Assembly: GCA_964016885.1 (NCBI GenBank)
Contig: OZ024742.1
Coordinates: 159,898,001 to 159,962,000 of the forward strand
Length of the DNA: 64,000 nucleotides
Source of the DNA: Eledone cirrhosa
Taxonomy: Eukaryota
Direction: 5' to 3'
The translations under genes were made by a program, and so were the position numbers. Positions 26,839 through 40,041 of the stretch are shown here, piece after piece. The notes under the pieces are model-generated. The model worked only from the letters and a program-made list of their open reading frames with translations. It did no database searches and was not told the DNA's origin. Each line of letters begins with the position of its first letter. Within the stretch, counting starts at the first letter, position 1.

Positions 26839-27035
26839 TTGATGTTTATATGACTCAGTCATATAAACCTAGCCAGAAACAGTTATGTATGAGTAAGTCA
26901 CAGTCACCTGAGCCAACTTTCCTGTAATGGGAAAACCTGTATAACCCATGCTAACATGGAAAATGGACGTCAAACGATGATAATGATATATATATATATA
27001 TATAATTATAAAGTGAACAACACAATATATAACTA

Positions 27036-27103
27036 CTCCATTACCAAAGGTTTCAGGATCCTAGACAATATTAACATACGTCTAGATTGTTCATCAGACA
27101 GAG
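27036..27103 (-). ncRNA. Type I hammerhead ribozyme motif with canonical core
   Basis: CTCTGT-CTGATGA-acaaTCTAGAC...GTCTAGGatcct-GAAA-CC ttt GG-TA-ATGGAG. Confidence 0.7.
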
Positions 27104-27168
27104 AGGTTATCTACCTGTTCTATACATAGAGCACTCCTTTTTCCTTTGCTTTTTCTTCAGAAATACTT

Positions 27169-27288
<120 letters not shown>

Positions 27289-27454
27289 TGTGTGAAGTAA
27301 TTCCGTCGGAAAGGTCCAGGAAAAAGAGTGCTATATGTAGGTTACAGAGCTTATTAGTTATGTAATAAACAACATATGATAATTATTTCATTTACCAGTG
27401 GTTTGGCAAATTTGTTTGCTTTCAAGAAACCACTGGTAAATGAAATATATATAT

Positions 27455-28125
27455 ATAATAATAACAATAATAGCAATAAATGTAAATGAAAGATATATAC
27501 TTTATATCATCTCTATTTTATTATGTATATTTCAAAGATGCAAAGAACCATATCAACCATTAAATACTTTTCTACTCATATAAATTTCAATATCTAACTA
27601 TACATAAACAAAGATAACTGACCTACAAATTCTGTAATCCAAATTCTTTCCCTCTTTATTATTATATTTTCATAATACTACTTTTGTTTCCTAGATTATT
27701 TTTTCTTTTTTCCTTTGTTATAATATATACTTTCGATTTAATACCTATCTTAATTGATTATAAGCAGCATAGAGAATGAATAACGGTCAATTTTGCTTTG
27801 TTTTTTTACTAATTTACGCTAAATTTTGGAAATTTATTAGACGTTTAAACCAACTGTAATGTATTCTCCCAGTCACGTAACCTCCTATGTGTTGAGTTTT
27901 TTTCAAGTCATATGCTTGCTGGTCACCAATCTGTCCAGCTCATTTTTCTACCAGCATATCAAGAAAAAATTATACATCTCATATGTATTTTGCCTGAAGA
28001 GGATATGTTTTGTTTTATGTTATACATAAAACTTTGCATCTTTGAAATATATATAATGAAATAAATAGAGATGATATAAAGTATATATCTTTCGTTTATT
28101 ACTATTATTATTATAATAATACTCC
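27455..28125. mobile_element. AT-rich fold-back element with ~85 bp inverted arms
   Basis: GAAAGATATATACTTTATATCATCTCTATTT...TTCAAAGATGCAAAG is mirrored at 28030-28110. Confidence 0.65.
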
Positions 28126-28587
28126 GGATAAATATATACCATTGAGTGCTTGGCATCTGTTATATACAAGAATCAGTTGATTACAAATCAACTAACTCTT
28201 TTTTCATTGATTATATATATATATATATATACACACACATATATATATATACACACACACATATATATATATATACACACACATTTATATATATCATTAT
28301 ATATATATTTATATATATATAAATGGAAAAAATGAAACGAAATTTCATTTCTCACTCTTAGTACGGCTGTTACTTAAATATAAGTATGTATACGTACATA
28401 CATATATGTATACAGACGTACAGTAGTATGTATATATATACATACATGCACACATATATATATGTACGTATGGATTCACCGAACATTTATTATAATGCTC
28501 GGTTTGTTTGTAAACAAACATCCCGTATTAAGCCGTACAGTGTTTAGCAACCATCGTTGCCCTTTTGTTCAACACTGACAAATGAAC

Positions 28588-28626
28588 ACTGTACTAGTTT
28601 CAAGCTTATTAGCTATCGTCAGCAAC
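28588..28626 (-). ncRNA. Minimal type I hammerhead ribozyme
   Basis: GTTG-CTGACGA-tAGCT aata AGCTt-GAAA-CTAG-TA-CAGT. Confidence 0.75.
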
Positions 28627-29058
28627 GTATACCTTCCTGCCAGATGATTGAACGTCTGAAAGTATATACTTTCCTTATGCATATTAACGGCTGAGCAGCC
28701 TAATTTGCATATCGAGTGAGTTAATCGGCCGGGCGCACCGAAAAGGATAAATGGAAAAAATGAAACGAAATTTCATTTCTCACTCTTAGTACGGCTGTTA
28801 CTTAAATATAATTATGTATACGTACATACATATATATATACAGACGTATACATATATATACATACATGCACACATATATATATGTACGTATATATGTGTA
28901 CGTGAGAAATGAAATTTCGTTTCATTTGTTCCATTTATCGTTTTCGGTGCGCCCGGCCGATTAACTCACTCGATATGCAAATTAGGCTGCTCAGCCGTTA
29001 ATATGCATAAGGAAAGTATATACTTTCAGACGTTCAATCATCTGGCAAGAAGGTATAC

Positions 29059-29097
29059 GGTGCTGACGATAGCTAATAAGCTTGAAACTAGTACATC
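29059..29097 (+). ncRNA. Minimal type I hammerhead ribozyme
   Basis: GGTG-CTGACGA-tAGCT aata AGCTt-GAAA-CTAG-TA-CATC. Confidence 0.8.
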
Positions 29098-29212
29098 GTT
29101 CTTTGTCAGTGCTAAACAAAAGGGCAACGATGGTTGTTAAACACTGTACAGCTTAATTCGGGATGTTTGTTTACAAACAAACTGAGCATTATAATAAATG
29201 TTCGGTAAATCC

Positions 29213-29548
29213 ATCATCATCATCAATTTAACGTCCGCTTTTCCCTACTTGCAAGGGTGGGACGGGAACCGATTCTGGCTTGATTTCTACAGCTGGATGC
29301 CCTTCCTAACAGCAACCTCATTTACAGTGAGTGCTAGGTGCTTTTTTGCCGTGGCACCTCCACGACTACTTTGCAGTGGAATGATAGGGACCCCTGTCCC
29401 TATCATCTCATTTCTACAGCTGAGTAAACTGGAGCAATGTGAAATAAAGTGTCTTGCTCAAGGAAACAACACATCACCCAGTCTGAGAATTGAACTCACA
29501 ACCTTTCGATTGCAAGGTCAATGCTCTAACCACTAAGCCATGTGCCTC
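29213..29548 (-). mobile_element. SINE family B copy nested in the hammerhead element
   Basis: Has the CORE-like block and RTE tail; TCCAT on both sides is a possible TSD. Confidence 0.75.
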
Positions 29549-29669
29549 CATACGTACATATATCTATATGTGTGCATGTATGTATATATATATACATACT
29601 ACTGTACGTCTGTATACATATATGTATGTACATATACATACTTATATACATATATATAAGTAAAGATTA

Positions 29670-29990
29670 AAACCCCCTTCAGTCACAAATGACTATGAGA
29701 TTTGCACCTTGAAAGTTCCCCTCCAAAACACAAGTCTGGGCAAGGTTTTTTGTGGAAGACGAACAGTTGCCCCTGCATACCAGCCTTCGCCACTGATGTT
29801 GTCCAAAGGAAAAGCAATGGCCAATACAGATTGGCACCGGTGATGTCACAACTCGTTTCTACAGCTGAGTAAACTGGAGCAATGTGAAATAATGTCTTGT
29901 TCAAGAACAAAACACATCACCCGGTTCGAAAATCGAACTCACAACCTCCCGATTGAATATCCAATGTTCTAACCACAAAGCCATTTGCAT
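29670..29990 (-). mobile_element. SINE family B variant with an alternative 3' part
   Basis: Homologous to 60615-60950. Confidence 0.7.
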
Positions 29991-30239
29991 TTAAACATAT
30001 AGCAGTGTTTCAGACAGAAAATACAGTGCTGGAAATCTCATTGGTGTCTTGTCTTCTCAGATGTTGTATCATTGGAAAATGAATAATTAGCGATACAAAG
30101 CATGCATGGGGCCATTTTTTTTTTAGTAACCCATTATATATATATATATGTAAACATATATCATTCTCATCGGTTTTACATCCATTTTTCCATGCTTGCA
30201 TCCCTCTCTGTGTTTCAATGATTTTAGGTAAGAAAGTGC

Positions 30240-30785
30240 CCAACCCAACATTGTAGAGTGGTCATGTAGGTGTCACGACAAAAAGCACCTAGCCCACAGC
30301 CCACACTGTAAAGTGGTCATGTTGGTGACATGACAAAAAATGCCCAGCCCACACAGTAAAGTGGTTGTGTAGGTGTCATGACAGAAATCACCCAGTCCAC
30401 ACTGTAAAGTGGTCGTGTAGGTGTCACAACAAAAAGCACCCAGCCCACAGCCCACACTGTAAAGTGGTTGCACTGGTGACATGAATAAAAGTGCCCAGCC
30501 CACACAGTAAAGTCGTCATGTAGGTATCATGACAAAAAGCACCCAGTCCACACTGTAAAGTGGTCATGTAAGTGTCACAATAAAAAGCACCCAGTCCACA
30601 CAGTAAAGTGGACGTGTAGTTGTCATGGAAAAAACACTCAGAACACACTATAAATGTGGTTGGCATAGGAACCAATCGAAAATCAGTTCTGTGTGAGCAA
30701 AACATGGTCCTCTGACTTGGATGTCTCACAACGGGACAGCACATCCTACCCATGCTAGTATGTTAAACGATGATGGTGATGATAT
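30240..30785 (+). repeat. Minisatellite (~9-10 copies of 39-45 bp) expanded inside a SINE/RTE-type tail
   Basis: The unit CCCAGCCCACACTGTAAAGTGGTCATGTAGGTGTCACGACAAAAAGCA is repeated; the same unit occurs once or twice in family B SINEs. Confidence 0.8.
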
Positions 30786-30929
30786 ATATATCCATAAAAG
30801 AACGTTGAGTGATGATGATGATGATGATGGGTGGAGGAGGCTATTTATAAAAGACATTTACCCAAGATGCTGCACAGCATGACAGAACTCAGAAACACAC
30901 GGTTGCAAAGTAGACTCCTTAACCATACA

Positions 30930-31143
30930 GAGATAGAGAAGACAGAGAAAGAGAGAGGATGACAAAGAGAGATGGGGGGGGGGGGAGAAAGAGAAAAAGA
31001 GGTAATGATAGTGAGGGAGAGAGAGACAAGAAAAAAGAGAAGAGAGATTTTGAAAGCTTAAGAAATTGAAAGAGAGACACAGACCGGTAGAAAATTGGGA
31101 AAAGAATGGATGGAAAAAAAAAAAGAATGAGAGAGAGAGAGAA

Positions 31144-31216
<73 letters not shown>

Positions 31217-31440
31217 GTCGGGGGAGAGTGAAAGATGAAGAAATCGAAAGAAAGAGAAATAGAGACCGGAAGGGGAGAGAGGGCGAGAGAGAGTGAGGAC
31301 AAAGAAAGGAGGGAGGGAAGAGAGGATGAAAGAAGGAATAGAGAGTGAGAGGTAGAAGGAGCGAAGGAGGAGAGAGAGTGAGAAGAAGAGATGGAGAAAA
31401 GAAGTGGTGGGAGTGCAGAAAAGAAAAAGTAAAAGTATAA
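30930..31440. repeat. Purine-rich low-complexity tract including (GA)n
   Basis: Read directly from the sequence. Confidence 0.9.
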
Positions 31441-31694
31441 AATGAGTACAATTGAATGTAGTGTAGAATCATCCATTTTCCTATCAACTTCTATACATGA
31501 AGTAGTTAAGGAGTTATTATTGAAATCTTTCATTAGTTTCTACAACACTGTTAAAGGAAGCAGCTGTATACAACACCACTGCTATCATAGACCAGTTCAC
31601 TGAGAGAGAGATTTTACAGCCCCTACATAGTTGGTTATTAGACATGCAATAAATAGTAGCCAAATCTCTCTTCTAATAATCACTTCCTACCATT

Positions 31695-31733
<39 letters not shown>

Positions 31734-31734
<1 letters not shown>

Positions 31735-32339
31735 TAGCAGTGGTACCCGGCGTTGCACGGGATAAGGTATTTTGGAACGCGGGCCGCCAACAAACCTAAT
31801 CGTGGAAAAACTGCATGACGGACAATATGTAAAGTAAATAAACCGAATACTCTGATGCAATTAGTATTAGGTATGCTTCTCCTTCCATGTGGAGAAAATC
31901 AGCCCTAGGGGATAAAAAAAAAATGAATTTTTTTATGTGCATTGAAATTTCAAGAAAATCAGTTAGACGTAACGCCTCAAAAAAGTCCTAAAAAGCTGAA
32001 AAAATGAAGTTTTTCACCTAATGTGGGCCCTAGGCCATAAAAAAGTTGGATTTTCTTTGCTCACGGTATGAAGAAGAGACTAACTAATACATAGTTACAA
32101 TTTCAAGGAAATCGGTCTGACGTAACGCCTCAAAAAACCCCTAAAAAGCTGAAAAAACGCAGTTTTTCACCTAATGTGGGCCCTAGGGGATCAAAAAGTT
32201 GAATGTGCATAACACTCCTTGAAACATAAGGGATACACATGTAAAGTTTGAAAAAAATCGGTTGGGTACTTCTTGAGTTTTAGGGATTCGAACTAACAGG
32301 CACACACACAGACAGACATCCTCTGTTTTATATATATAG

Positions 32340-32340
<1 letters not shown>
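31734..32340 (-). mobile_element. Complete non-autonomous Helitron-like element
   Basis: The minus strand reads A|TC... at the 5' end and hairpin CCCGTGCAACGCCGGG then CTAG|T at the 3' end; it has an internal ~130 bp duplication. Confidence 0.75.
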
Positions 32341-32376
<36 letters not shown>

Positions 32377-32454
32377 CACATATATTATACATATATATAT
32401 CTATTATACATATATATATATTATATATATATATTATACACATATATATATATT

Positions 32455-32490
<36 letters not shown>

Positions 32491-32541
32491 CACACACACA
32501 CATATATATATATATTATACATATATATATATATATATTAT

Positions 32542-32577
<36 letters not shown>

Positions 32578-32875
32578 TATACATATATATATATATATAC
32601 ATATACTTATATATATATACCTATATATATACATATATATATACATATACCTATATACCTATATATAATATATATATCTATATATATATACATATATATA
32701 CATATACCTATATATATATATATATATACATATACCTACACTTATATATATATACCTATATATATACATATATATACATATACCTATATATATCTATATC
32801 TATATATATACATATATATACATATATATATATATATATACATATACCTATATATATATATATACCTATATATAT

Positions 32876-32970
<95 letters not shown>

Positions 32971-33003
32971 CATATACACACACACACATATATATATATA
33001 TAT
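32341..33003. repeat. Compound TA/CA microsatellite, ~660 bp
   Basis: Read directly from the sequence. Confidence 0.95.
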
Positions 33004-34194
33004 TATCAGTATTGATTAAAAATTTAAACAAAGAATTTCTGCTTCCACCCTAAGTGGGATCATTTGAAACTGAGAAATATTAATCTGTCAATGCAGAAGT
33101 AAATATTTAAAAAAGAATTACAACCAAATACTGCCTCTAGAAAATAGAAAGACATAACAGAAGTGTGTGAGAAAATGTTCTCACACACTTTCATAATTAC
33201 ATCATTATGTGAAGCGCTAAGAACAAATTCTTACCATGAACAAATCAGGAGACTAATATTCTTTTTAGAATAGCCAAATAATTTCCAGCTACAATTATTG
33301 TAGTAACAATTAACCCCAAGGAATATCCTTGGAAGTATTTTGATCAGTTGTATTACTGTGAGGAATGAAGAATCTAACATTTTGAACTATTGCTCTTTGT
33401 CAGAATATGAGAATATCTATTACTTGGAACTCATGTATGACAATGTTTCATTCTGTGCTAGATAACATAAATACTGAAAAATCAAGGACTTGCTAGAAAT
33501 GACAGCCAAATTTCTCAACGAATCACATACATTTTATTGGATAATGTAATCATAAATTTAATATGACTGTAAAAAAAAAAAATGGATCTTCACAGCTAAT
33601 GTGGTGCTAAACGTTTGAAGAATTCCATACTGGAAAATCATAACTATGAACAATTACTTACAAAAATATTAATACATCATTTTAAAAATCACATATTTGC
33701 CTGATTAACTGTATATACACTATTGTATCTTTGTGGTAAAGGCTTTATCTTACATGATTACCTCACATAATATAGAATCTATGAGATTTTGATATTATTT
33801 ATTTTGAGAACCATACCTTAACATCAGTATGAGCAGCTGGTTACAGCCAGTTTGAAGAGAAAGAGGTGAGAGAATTCTGACCTGATACGGCCAGTTTAAA
33901 TGCTAAAGATTTAAAGAAAAAAATATTAATCCAAAATAGTTTTGGTTGACAAATATTCAGGTTGGTAATGTTATTTTCATTTTTATGTACTATTTTGAAG
34001 TCCCCTTAATAGCTGGCTGGTGGGGGAGTCTTGGTCTAGTCAGATTGTTGTATGTCTTTGTCATCCTGAGAGCCCATGATATGAGGCACTGCATCTTTAA
34101 AGAGGAGGAGCTAAAAAAGGTGACTATGCTCAATAGTGAGTCAAAAGGTTTATGCGTGTATGTATATGCCAGTGTGTTTACCTGTATGTATGTA

Positions 34195-34618
34195 CAGTTG
34201 TCCCTCAGTATTAGCGAGGGTAATGTTCCTAGAGCACCTGCGAAGAGTGAAAAACAGCGAATATTGGACATGGTCCATAAAAATGCCTATAAATGTCAAA
34301 ATATAACATTAAATATAATAAAAAAAAGAGGGAGTGCCTTATGCGAAGGGGCATCCAAAAGGCTGGCAAATATGGTATATTGTTAATAACAATTTAGCGT
34401 TAAAAAATATATATATTGCCACAAAAAAGTCATTAAAAAAACTGCGGAAGATATTTACGATTCCGCGAATATGTGGTGGTTTCCATGAACAATTATTAGT
34501 TAGGTTCTAAGGAATATTCCGCGAATAACCGGGACTGCAAATGCCAGGACCGTGAATATTGGGATCACGAATGTCAGGACCTCAAATAACTGGGACCGCA
34601 AATTCCAGGGGTACATTG
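34195..34618. mobile_element. Tigger/pogo-like MITE
   Basis: TA|CAGTTGTCCCTC...GGGGTACATTG|TA imperfect TIRs with a TA duplication, and subterminal CGCGAATA-like repeats. Confidence 0.6.
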
Positions 34619-34985
34619 TATAGAAATGCAGTGAATGGGCAGACTCATTAGAATGTCAGATAGAAGCATGCAACATTTGTTCCGACTCTGCTTTCAGAGT
34701 TCAAATTTACCTTTCATCTTTTTCAGGTCGATAAATGAAGTACCAATTAAGTATTGGAGGTCAATATTTGCTCTCTCTCTATCTCTATCTCTTTCTCTCT
34801 CTCTCGCTCTCTTTCTTTGGAAGAAATTAGCTGTGTTCAAACCTGCAAAGGCATTGGCTTCACCAGTTTTAAAATGCCTAAGACAGTTCCCCTTTAATTC
34901 CATCAGGAGTTAAAGGCTCATTGATAAATGGATTGATGTATATTGTTGCATAATTATATATATGTGTGTGTGTGTGTGTATGTGT

Positions 34986-35022
<37 letters not shown>

Positions 35023-37038
35023 CAACAACATTGTCCAATGTACCCTTCCCTAACTTTGAACATTCTGTAATGATTTAGCAGAAAGTATTTAAAAATAGGT
35101 TTGTTAATTCAGATGTTTATAGTATATTTATTAGAGGACAAATTGTTATGAAAAGTTGCTGTGTTTGAGTAAAGACTTTAATTATAAATGTGATGCAGTT
35201 TTGTACTTTTCAAAAATGTCTTGTGGTATAAGAGAACATTAAAAATTAAAAGATCAATGCTGATAAAATAGTGAAATATGAAAGCAAAGTGAAACATTTG
35301 GTGAAGTAATTTTTAAAGATTTAGAAGATAGATGAAAAGTTATAAAATTCTGAAGTATGGAAGTACATTGATTTGTTCTTGTTATATGGGAACAATATTC
35401 CTTTCATTTCTTTAAATACGGAAGGACGATAGCTGTATAACAAAGTGCAGGGCAATAAAGATAGACGGTAGCCACGGAATAGGCAGACCCAGAAAAACCT
35501 GGGACGAGCTGATAAACTCCGACCTCACACACTTACACCTCACCAAGACAATGTCACTGGACCGAGACCTTTGGCGGTACTCAGTAATAGAGAAGACCCG
35601 CCTTACCTAAATACAAAGTAAAACCTACTACAGTCAGTAGGCATCTCTAACAAAATACACCCCCGTCCCACCACCCCCACCCCATCCACACCGCCCCCTT
35701 CTATGTAAAGTTATGTTGGTGCCACACGGTAAAAACCCCCCAGACCCACACTGTAAATGTGGTTGGTGTTAGGAAGGGCATCCAACTGTAGAAAACCTGC
35801 CAGACAGTCCTATGCGAGCAAGACAATCACTCTTGCCTCAAGTGGGAAAACCCCCGTCCAAACCCATGCAAGCGTGGAACACGGACGTTAAACGTTGATG
35901 ATGATGATGATGATGACTGAAAAAATTCTGACATCGAAGTGATTTTGGGGTAGGAGAAAAAGAGAGGGAGTAGTATGTCCCTAAGGAATAACAAAAACAG
36001 AATTTTGATTAAAATGTATTAAAAATAAGATTTTACTAACATTTTAGAATGATACAAAAGTTTGTTTAGAATTTTGATTACATATCTAGATACACTTAGA
36101 TTATAATGATTTATTTTCTGTAAGATGGAAAAAAAAGGCATAGTTAATCCATTTCTCAGTTTAATACCATCACCTGGTCTTTGAGTGTTTGAGTAGGATA
36201 CATACTGTTGAAAGCATTTGGACCAGATCTACAGTCTGAGAATAATTTTGTCTGACATCAACTTTGTCTTTCATACATCTGGGGTTGTTAAAATAATATA
36301 CCAGTCAACAAATAGGGTTGATTTAATCAACTATACCCTTTCCTCAAATTTGCTGGCCTTGTGTCTAAATTAGAAATATATTATACATAATCTTGTTGCA
36401 TTTGTATTTATTACATCATACAACTTGTTTCTTTCAGGGATGCGGCATGTAATACAAAGGATAAGTTTTCCTGGATGGCAGTTGAACTCAGAATAGAGTC
36501 AGAACAAATGCTTACATCATCATAAGATTCACTATAGTATATGTTGTGTGTGCGAGAGTACGACCTCTCTCGCCCCTGGTGAGAATGGGCTGGTCCACTA
36601 CATATAAATAGTAGTGGCCTGAGTAAGTGAGATGGTTGGTACTAGTTCCACAGTTCATGTGTTGATACTCGAAGTTGGAGTTCAAGTTCACAGTTGGATT
36701 GTTGGTTCTTTAAAGATCGTTGTTCCGTTACGTGTGGTTATTGCTGTTTGTTTTGATTATATTGTTATTACACTGTTGCAGTGTATTCATTTATCCATAA
36801 GGACATACCAGTATATGAAAAATAAACTCGAATCTGAGGATTTAAATTTGAACATGTTCTTTTCTTCCAATGTACATGGAAAACTAGTATAAGAAACTTC
36901 AACTGAAAATATATTTATGAACCTAAACCAATATTTACCTTTCTTCGATACAAGTATAACATTGATAAATTTAAGTTATCATACTTGCCACACTGATTGT
37001 ATTAATACTTATTTCACTGTTACTTTCCAACAAACAGG

Positions 37039-38340
37039 ATGACTACTGAAGATATAACTACATTTAAGAACATTCCAGAACAAGTAACTCTGGGCCAAAC
37101 TGTGGAGAAGGATGCAAGTAAACAAATATGGCATTTTATGTCACCCTTACTACTGGCAGTTGGTACAGTTGGATCAGTACTTTCGATTTGTGTATTACTC
37201 CGTGCCAAGATTCGAAAAATTACATCTATGTATCTTCTGACACTTCTGTCTTTTGCTGATTTAATTGGTCTGTGGTTGGGACTTCTAAGACTTTACCTTT
37301 CAAATGTATATAATTTCGACATACGCCTTCAGTCTGATTTACTTTGTAAATTACACACTTTCCTTGTCTATTTTGTACTTGATTATGGTTCCTGGTTGCT
37401 GGCTTTAATTGCAATTGAGCGCTTTCTGTTAATAGTTCGTCCTTTCATTGCACGTGATCACTGGGACCGATCAAAGGCTACATACACAGTGCTAGCCACA
37501 GGTGTACTTTTGACAATAGTCAATGGTCACTATCTGATCACTTACCGTCTATTTAAAGTGTCTTGTATTAATAATATCGATGAAATGTACTGCAATGAGA
37601 ATAAGGATCCAACTTATTTGATAACTAATAACCATTCTGACAATAAGCAATCCACAACATATGAAACACCAGTATCATTGAGTTCAAAAGAGTCAGAATA
37701 TATATCCTGTACATCCGAGAATGGAACCAAGCAGTTTTACATTGATATTTTCCCATGGATAGATTTTTTGTTCTTTTTCCTCTTGCCATTTTGTATAATG
37801 GTGATTAGTCATGTGTTCATTATTGGAAAAGTTCATAAAACCAAAGGGAAAATGCAAAAGACAAGAAGGACGCAATGTGTAACATCAATGGCACCAGTAA
37901 CTGATCAAATATCAGTAGTTACGGAAACTCAAAGAACAGCCATTTCAGGCATCACAGATAGAAAAGAAAATACTGTGCTTTCAAATGGTTTAAAGCCTAA
38001 TAGAGTTGTAGTGAACACGAATCCAACAGAAAGACAAAGCAACCAAACATCCAAAATTGTTGGTGTGTCAACAATGCTGTTGTCTGTACTGGTTGCATTT
38101 GGTCTCACAACATCTCCTATTACGTCATTCCTCATCTGGTCCCGTTATGACACAGAAGATAACAAAGCTTACTATAATGTGAGTTGGGCTGTTGTTAACA
38201 TGGTTCAATACACAAACAATGTATCACATTTCTTCCTTTTCATTCTCACTGGGACGACATTCCGTCAAGAACTTTTGGAAATGTTTCGAAGTGTTCACAT
38301 ATTCTTCAAACGAAAAACAGATGTAATGCCCTTTGGTTAG
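37039..38340 (+). CDS. Class A (rhodopsin-family) GPCR, FMRFamide/peptide-receptor-like, uninterrupted 433 aa ORF
   Basis: Seven hydrophobic segments; TM2 LSFADL, TM3 C...AIERF, TM5 FLLPF, TM6 F.LTTSP, TM7 N...HFFLF, helix 8 FRQEL. Confidence 0.9.
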   Translation: MTTEDITTFKNIPEQVTLGQTVEKDASKQIWHFMSPLLLAVGTVGSVLSICVLLRAKIRKITSMYLLTLLSFADLIGLWLGLLRLYLSNVYNFDIRLQSDLLCKLHTFLVYFVLDYGSWLLALIAIERFLLIVRPFIARDHWDRSKATYTVLATGVLLTIVNGHYLITYRLFKVSCINNIDEMYCNENKDPTYLITNNHSDNKQSTTYETPVSLSSKESEYISCTSENGTKQFYIDIFPWIDFLFFFLLPFCIMVISHVFIIGKVHKTKGKMQKTRRTQCVTSMAPVTDQISVVTETQRTAISGITDRKENTVLSNGLKPNRVVVNTNPTERQSNQTSKIVGVSTMLLSVLVAFGLTTSPITSFLIWSRYDTEDNKAYYNVSWAVVNMVQYTNNVSHFFLFILTGTTFRQELLEMFRSVHIFFKRKTDVMPFG

Positions 38341-40002
38341 AAAAATAAGTCTACAGTTGTTAGAATTTATTTATTTATTTAGTAGACTTATAATGAACTA
38401 GCAGAAATACTGCCTTCCTGGTGCTTTTCGGCTGGTCAAAATATACAAATGTATGAAAAGAGAAAAACTACATTTTAAACATGCAAATAATATGAACATA
38501 CATTGATCTCTTTGATTTTGCAGTTTATTTAAATCAACGATATTGATTTTCTACAGGAAACACACATGCACAGACGTGTTTTATATATATATGTTTCTTT
38601 ATTAACCACAGGGGCACAAAAGAAGGGGACAAATACAAAGGGGGAAGTTTACATACAATAACAATGTGTAAAATATTATCACAAATGTAATTTAAAAGTT
38701 AATCGATTTTCCCCAATAGGGGGAGACATTTCATATGGGTAACACATATACCCCCCCCCCCCAAAAAAAAATGTGCAACCCTCATCTCCAGGAGTACGAA
38801 GAGTTTGTACCCCTTTCCTCGGGAGTGTGTGTGTGTGTATCATAATGTGTATATCAGTGTATAGAAATGTAAAAAAAGGAAAAACTATATTTTTCATATG
38901 CAAACAATATGAACTCATGTTGACATATACAATTTTGAAGTTTATGTAATTCAACAACATTTATTATTTTTTTTTAGATTGACTGCAATTAAACACACTG
39001 CAGCAGTGAAATTACAGTTTTGAAATAATGTAATATAAAATATACCTTTTTAATAAACATACAATTTTACTTGCACTATGAAAAGTATACAAAGTGGTTA
39101 CACAACAGGGTCTTTTTAAATCTCCATCAAACCCCGCCACTAAAAAAACGTGAGATCGATTGACTAGTTTTTATTCTTCTTGGAATGTCATCAGTAAAAA
39201 GAATACTCATCTTTAGTCCATGGAGAGATAAGTAGCTAATAGCTATTTACAGTGTGTACAAACTAGGAGCCAGCTAAACTCGTTAGTCTAGTTTGCTTAA
39301 CAAATCAGTTATGCAGTCAAACTAGTAAATATTATTTGCATAATAGTGCATGCACTGATAACATGAATTAATTCATAAATAGTGTAGTTTGAAGCAATTT
39401 TGATAACTTATGTACTCCGGCTACACTGTAAAATAGTAGTGTTGGTGTCCTGAGAAAAAGCACACAGTCTACTGTTAGTTGGTAGAGGTGGTGCCATGAG
39501 AAATTGAACCCAGTACATGTTAAGTGGTTGGCATTAGGAAGGGCATCCAGTTATAGAAATCATGTCAGAATGGAACATATGAGCAAGACAGTCATCTGAC
39601 CTCAGAATGTGACAACCTGTCTAATTTATGCAAACATGGAAAATACACATAAAGCAATGATGATGATAGTGATGATGATGATGATGATGATGTAAGGTAT
39701 ATCTTTTAATAAGCAATCTTAGCTTCTCTGTAAAAGGTAAACAAAATGACAACACCTCAGTATATTTTAGTTTCTATGGGCAGAGATAATGGGATTTATT
39801 CTAAAATGAAGAAATACTCAGCTTCTGCCAACAGAGATATTAGTAGTTATAATATCCAGTTAAACTTTCCTGTGGTTTAACAAATGAGATTAACCTGTTT
39901 ATCTGAGTCCAACTTTGTATACATTATAAACACCTATAAGCTACTAATCTATCAATAACTGTAAGCTACTAATATCTCTGTGGACAGAAGATATATATTC
40001 TT

Positions 40003-40041
40003 TTTCTGGTGAAGTCCTAGGAAGATTCGAAACTAGTTAGA
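40003..40041 (+). ncRNA. Decayed minimal hammerhead motif
   Basis: TTT-CTGGTGA-AGTC ctaggaa GATTc-GAAA-CTAG-TT-AGA; core A6 is changed to G. Confidence 0.45.

Larger units (their letters stand above)
28319..29650. mobile_element. Non-coding tandem plus inverted repeat element carrying minimal hammerheads (retrozyme/pLTR-like)
   Basis: Direct repeat with a ~428 bp period (28321 and 28749); the inverted copy at 28902-29650 is interrupted by a SINE. Confidence 0.8.

Noticed and set aside
27988-28045. CTGAAGA inside the 27.5-28.1 kb fold-back
   Set aside because: The second core segment and stems are too degenerate to call.
30240-30660. Regularly spaced repeats resembling a CRISPR array
   Set aside because: The units are contiguous diverged copies with no unique spacers, they derive from a SINE tail subunit, the context is eukaryotic and there are no cas genes.
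30858-31533. Long Ser/Leu-rich and Glu/Arg-rich ORFs, and the poly-Leu/Glu ORFs at 48588-48929
   Set aside because: They are translations of (GA)n and (GAA)n tracts.
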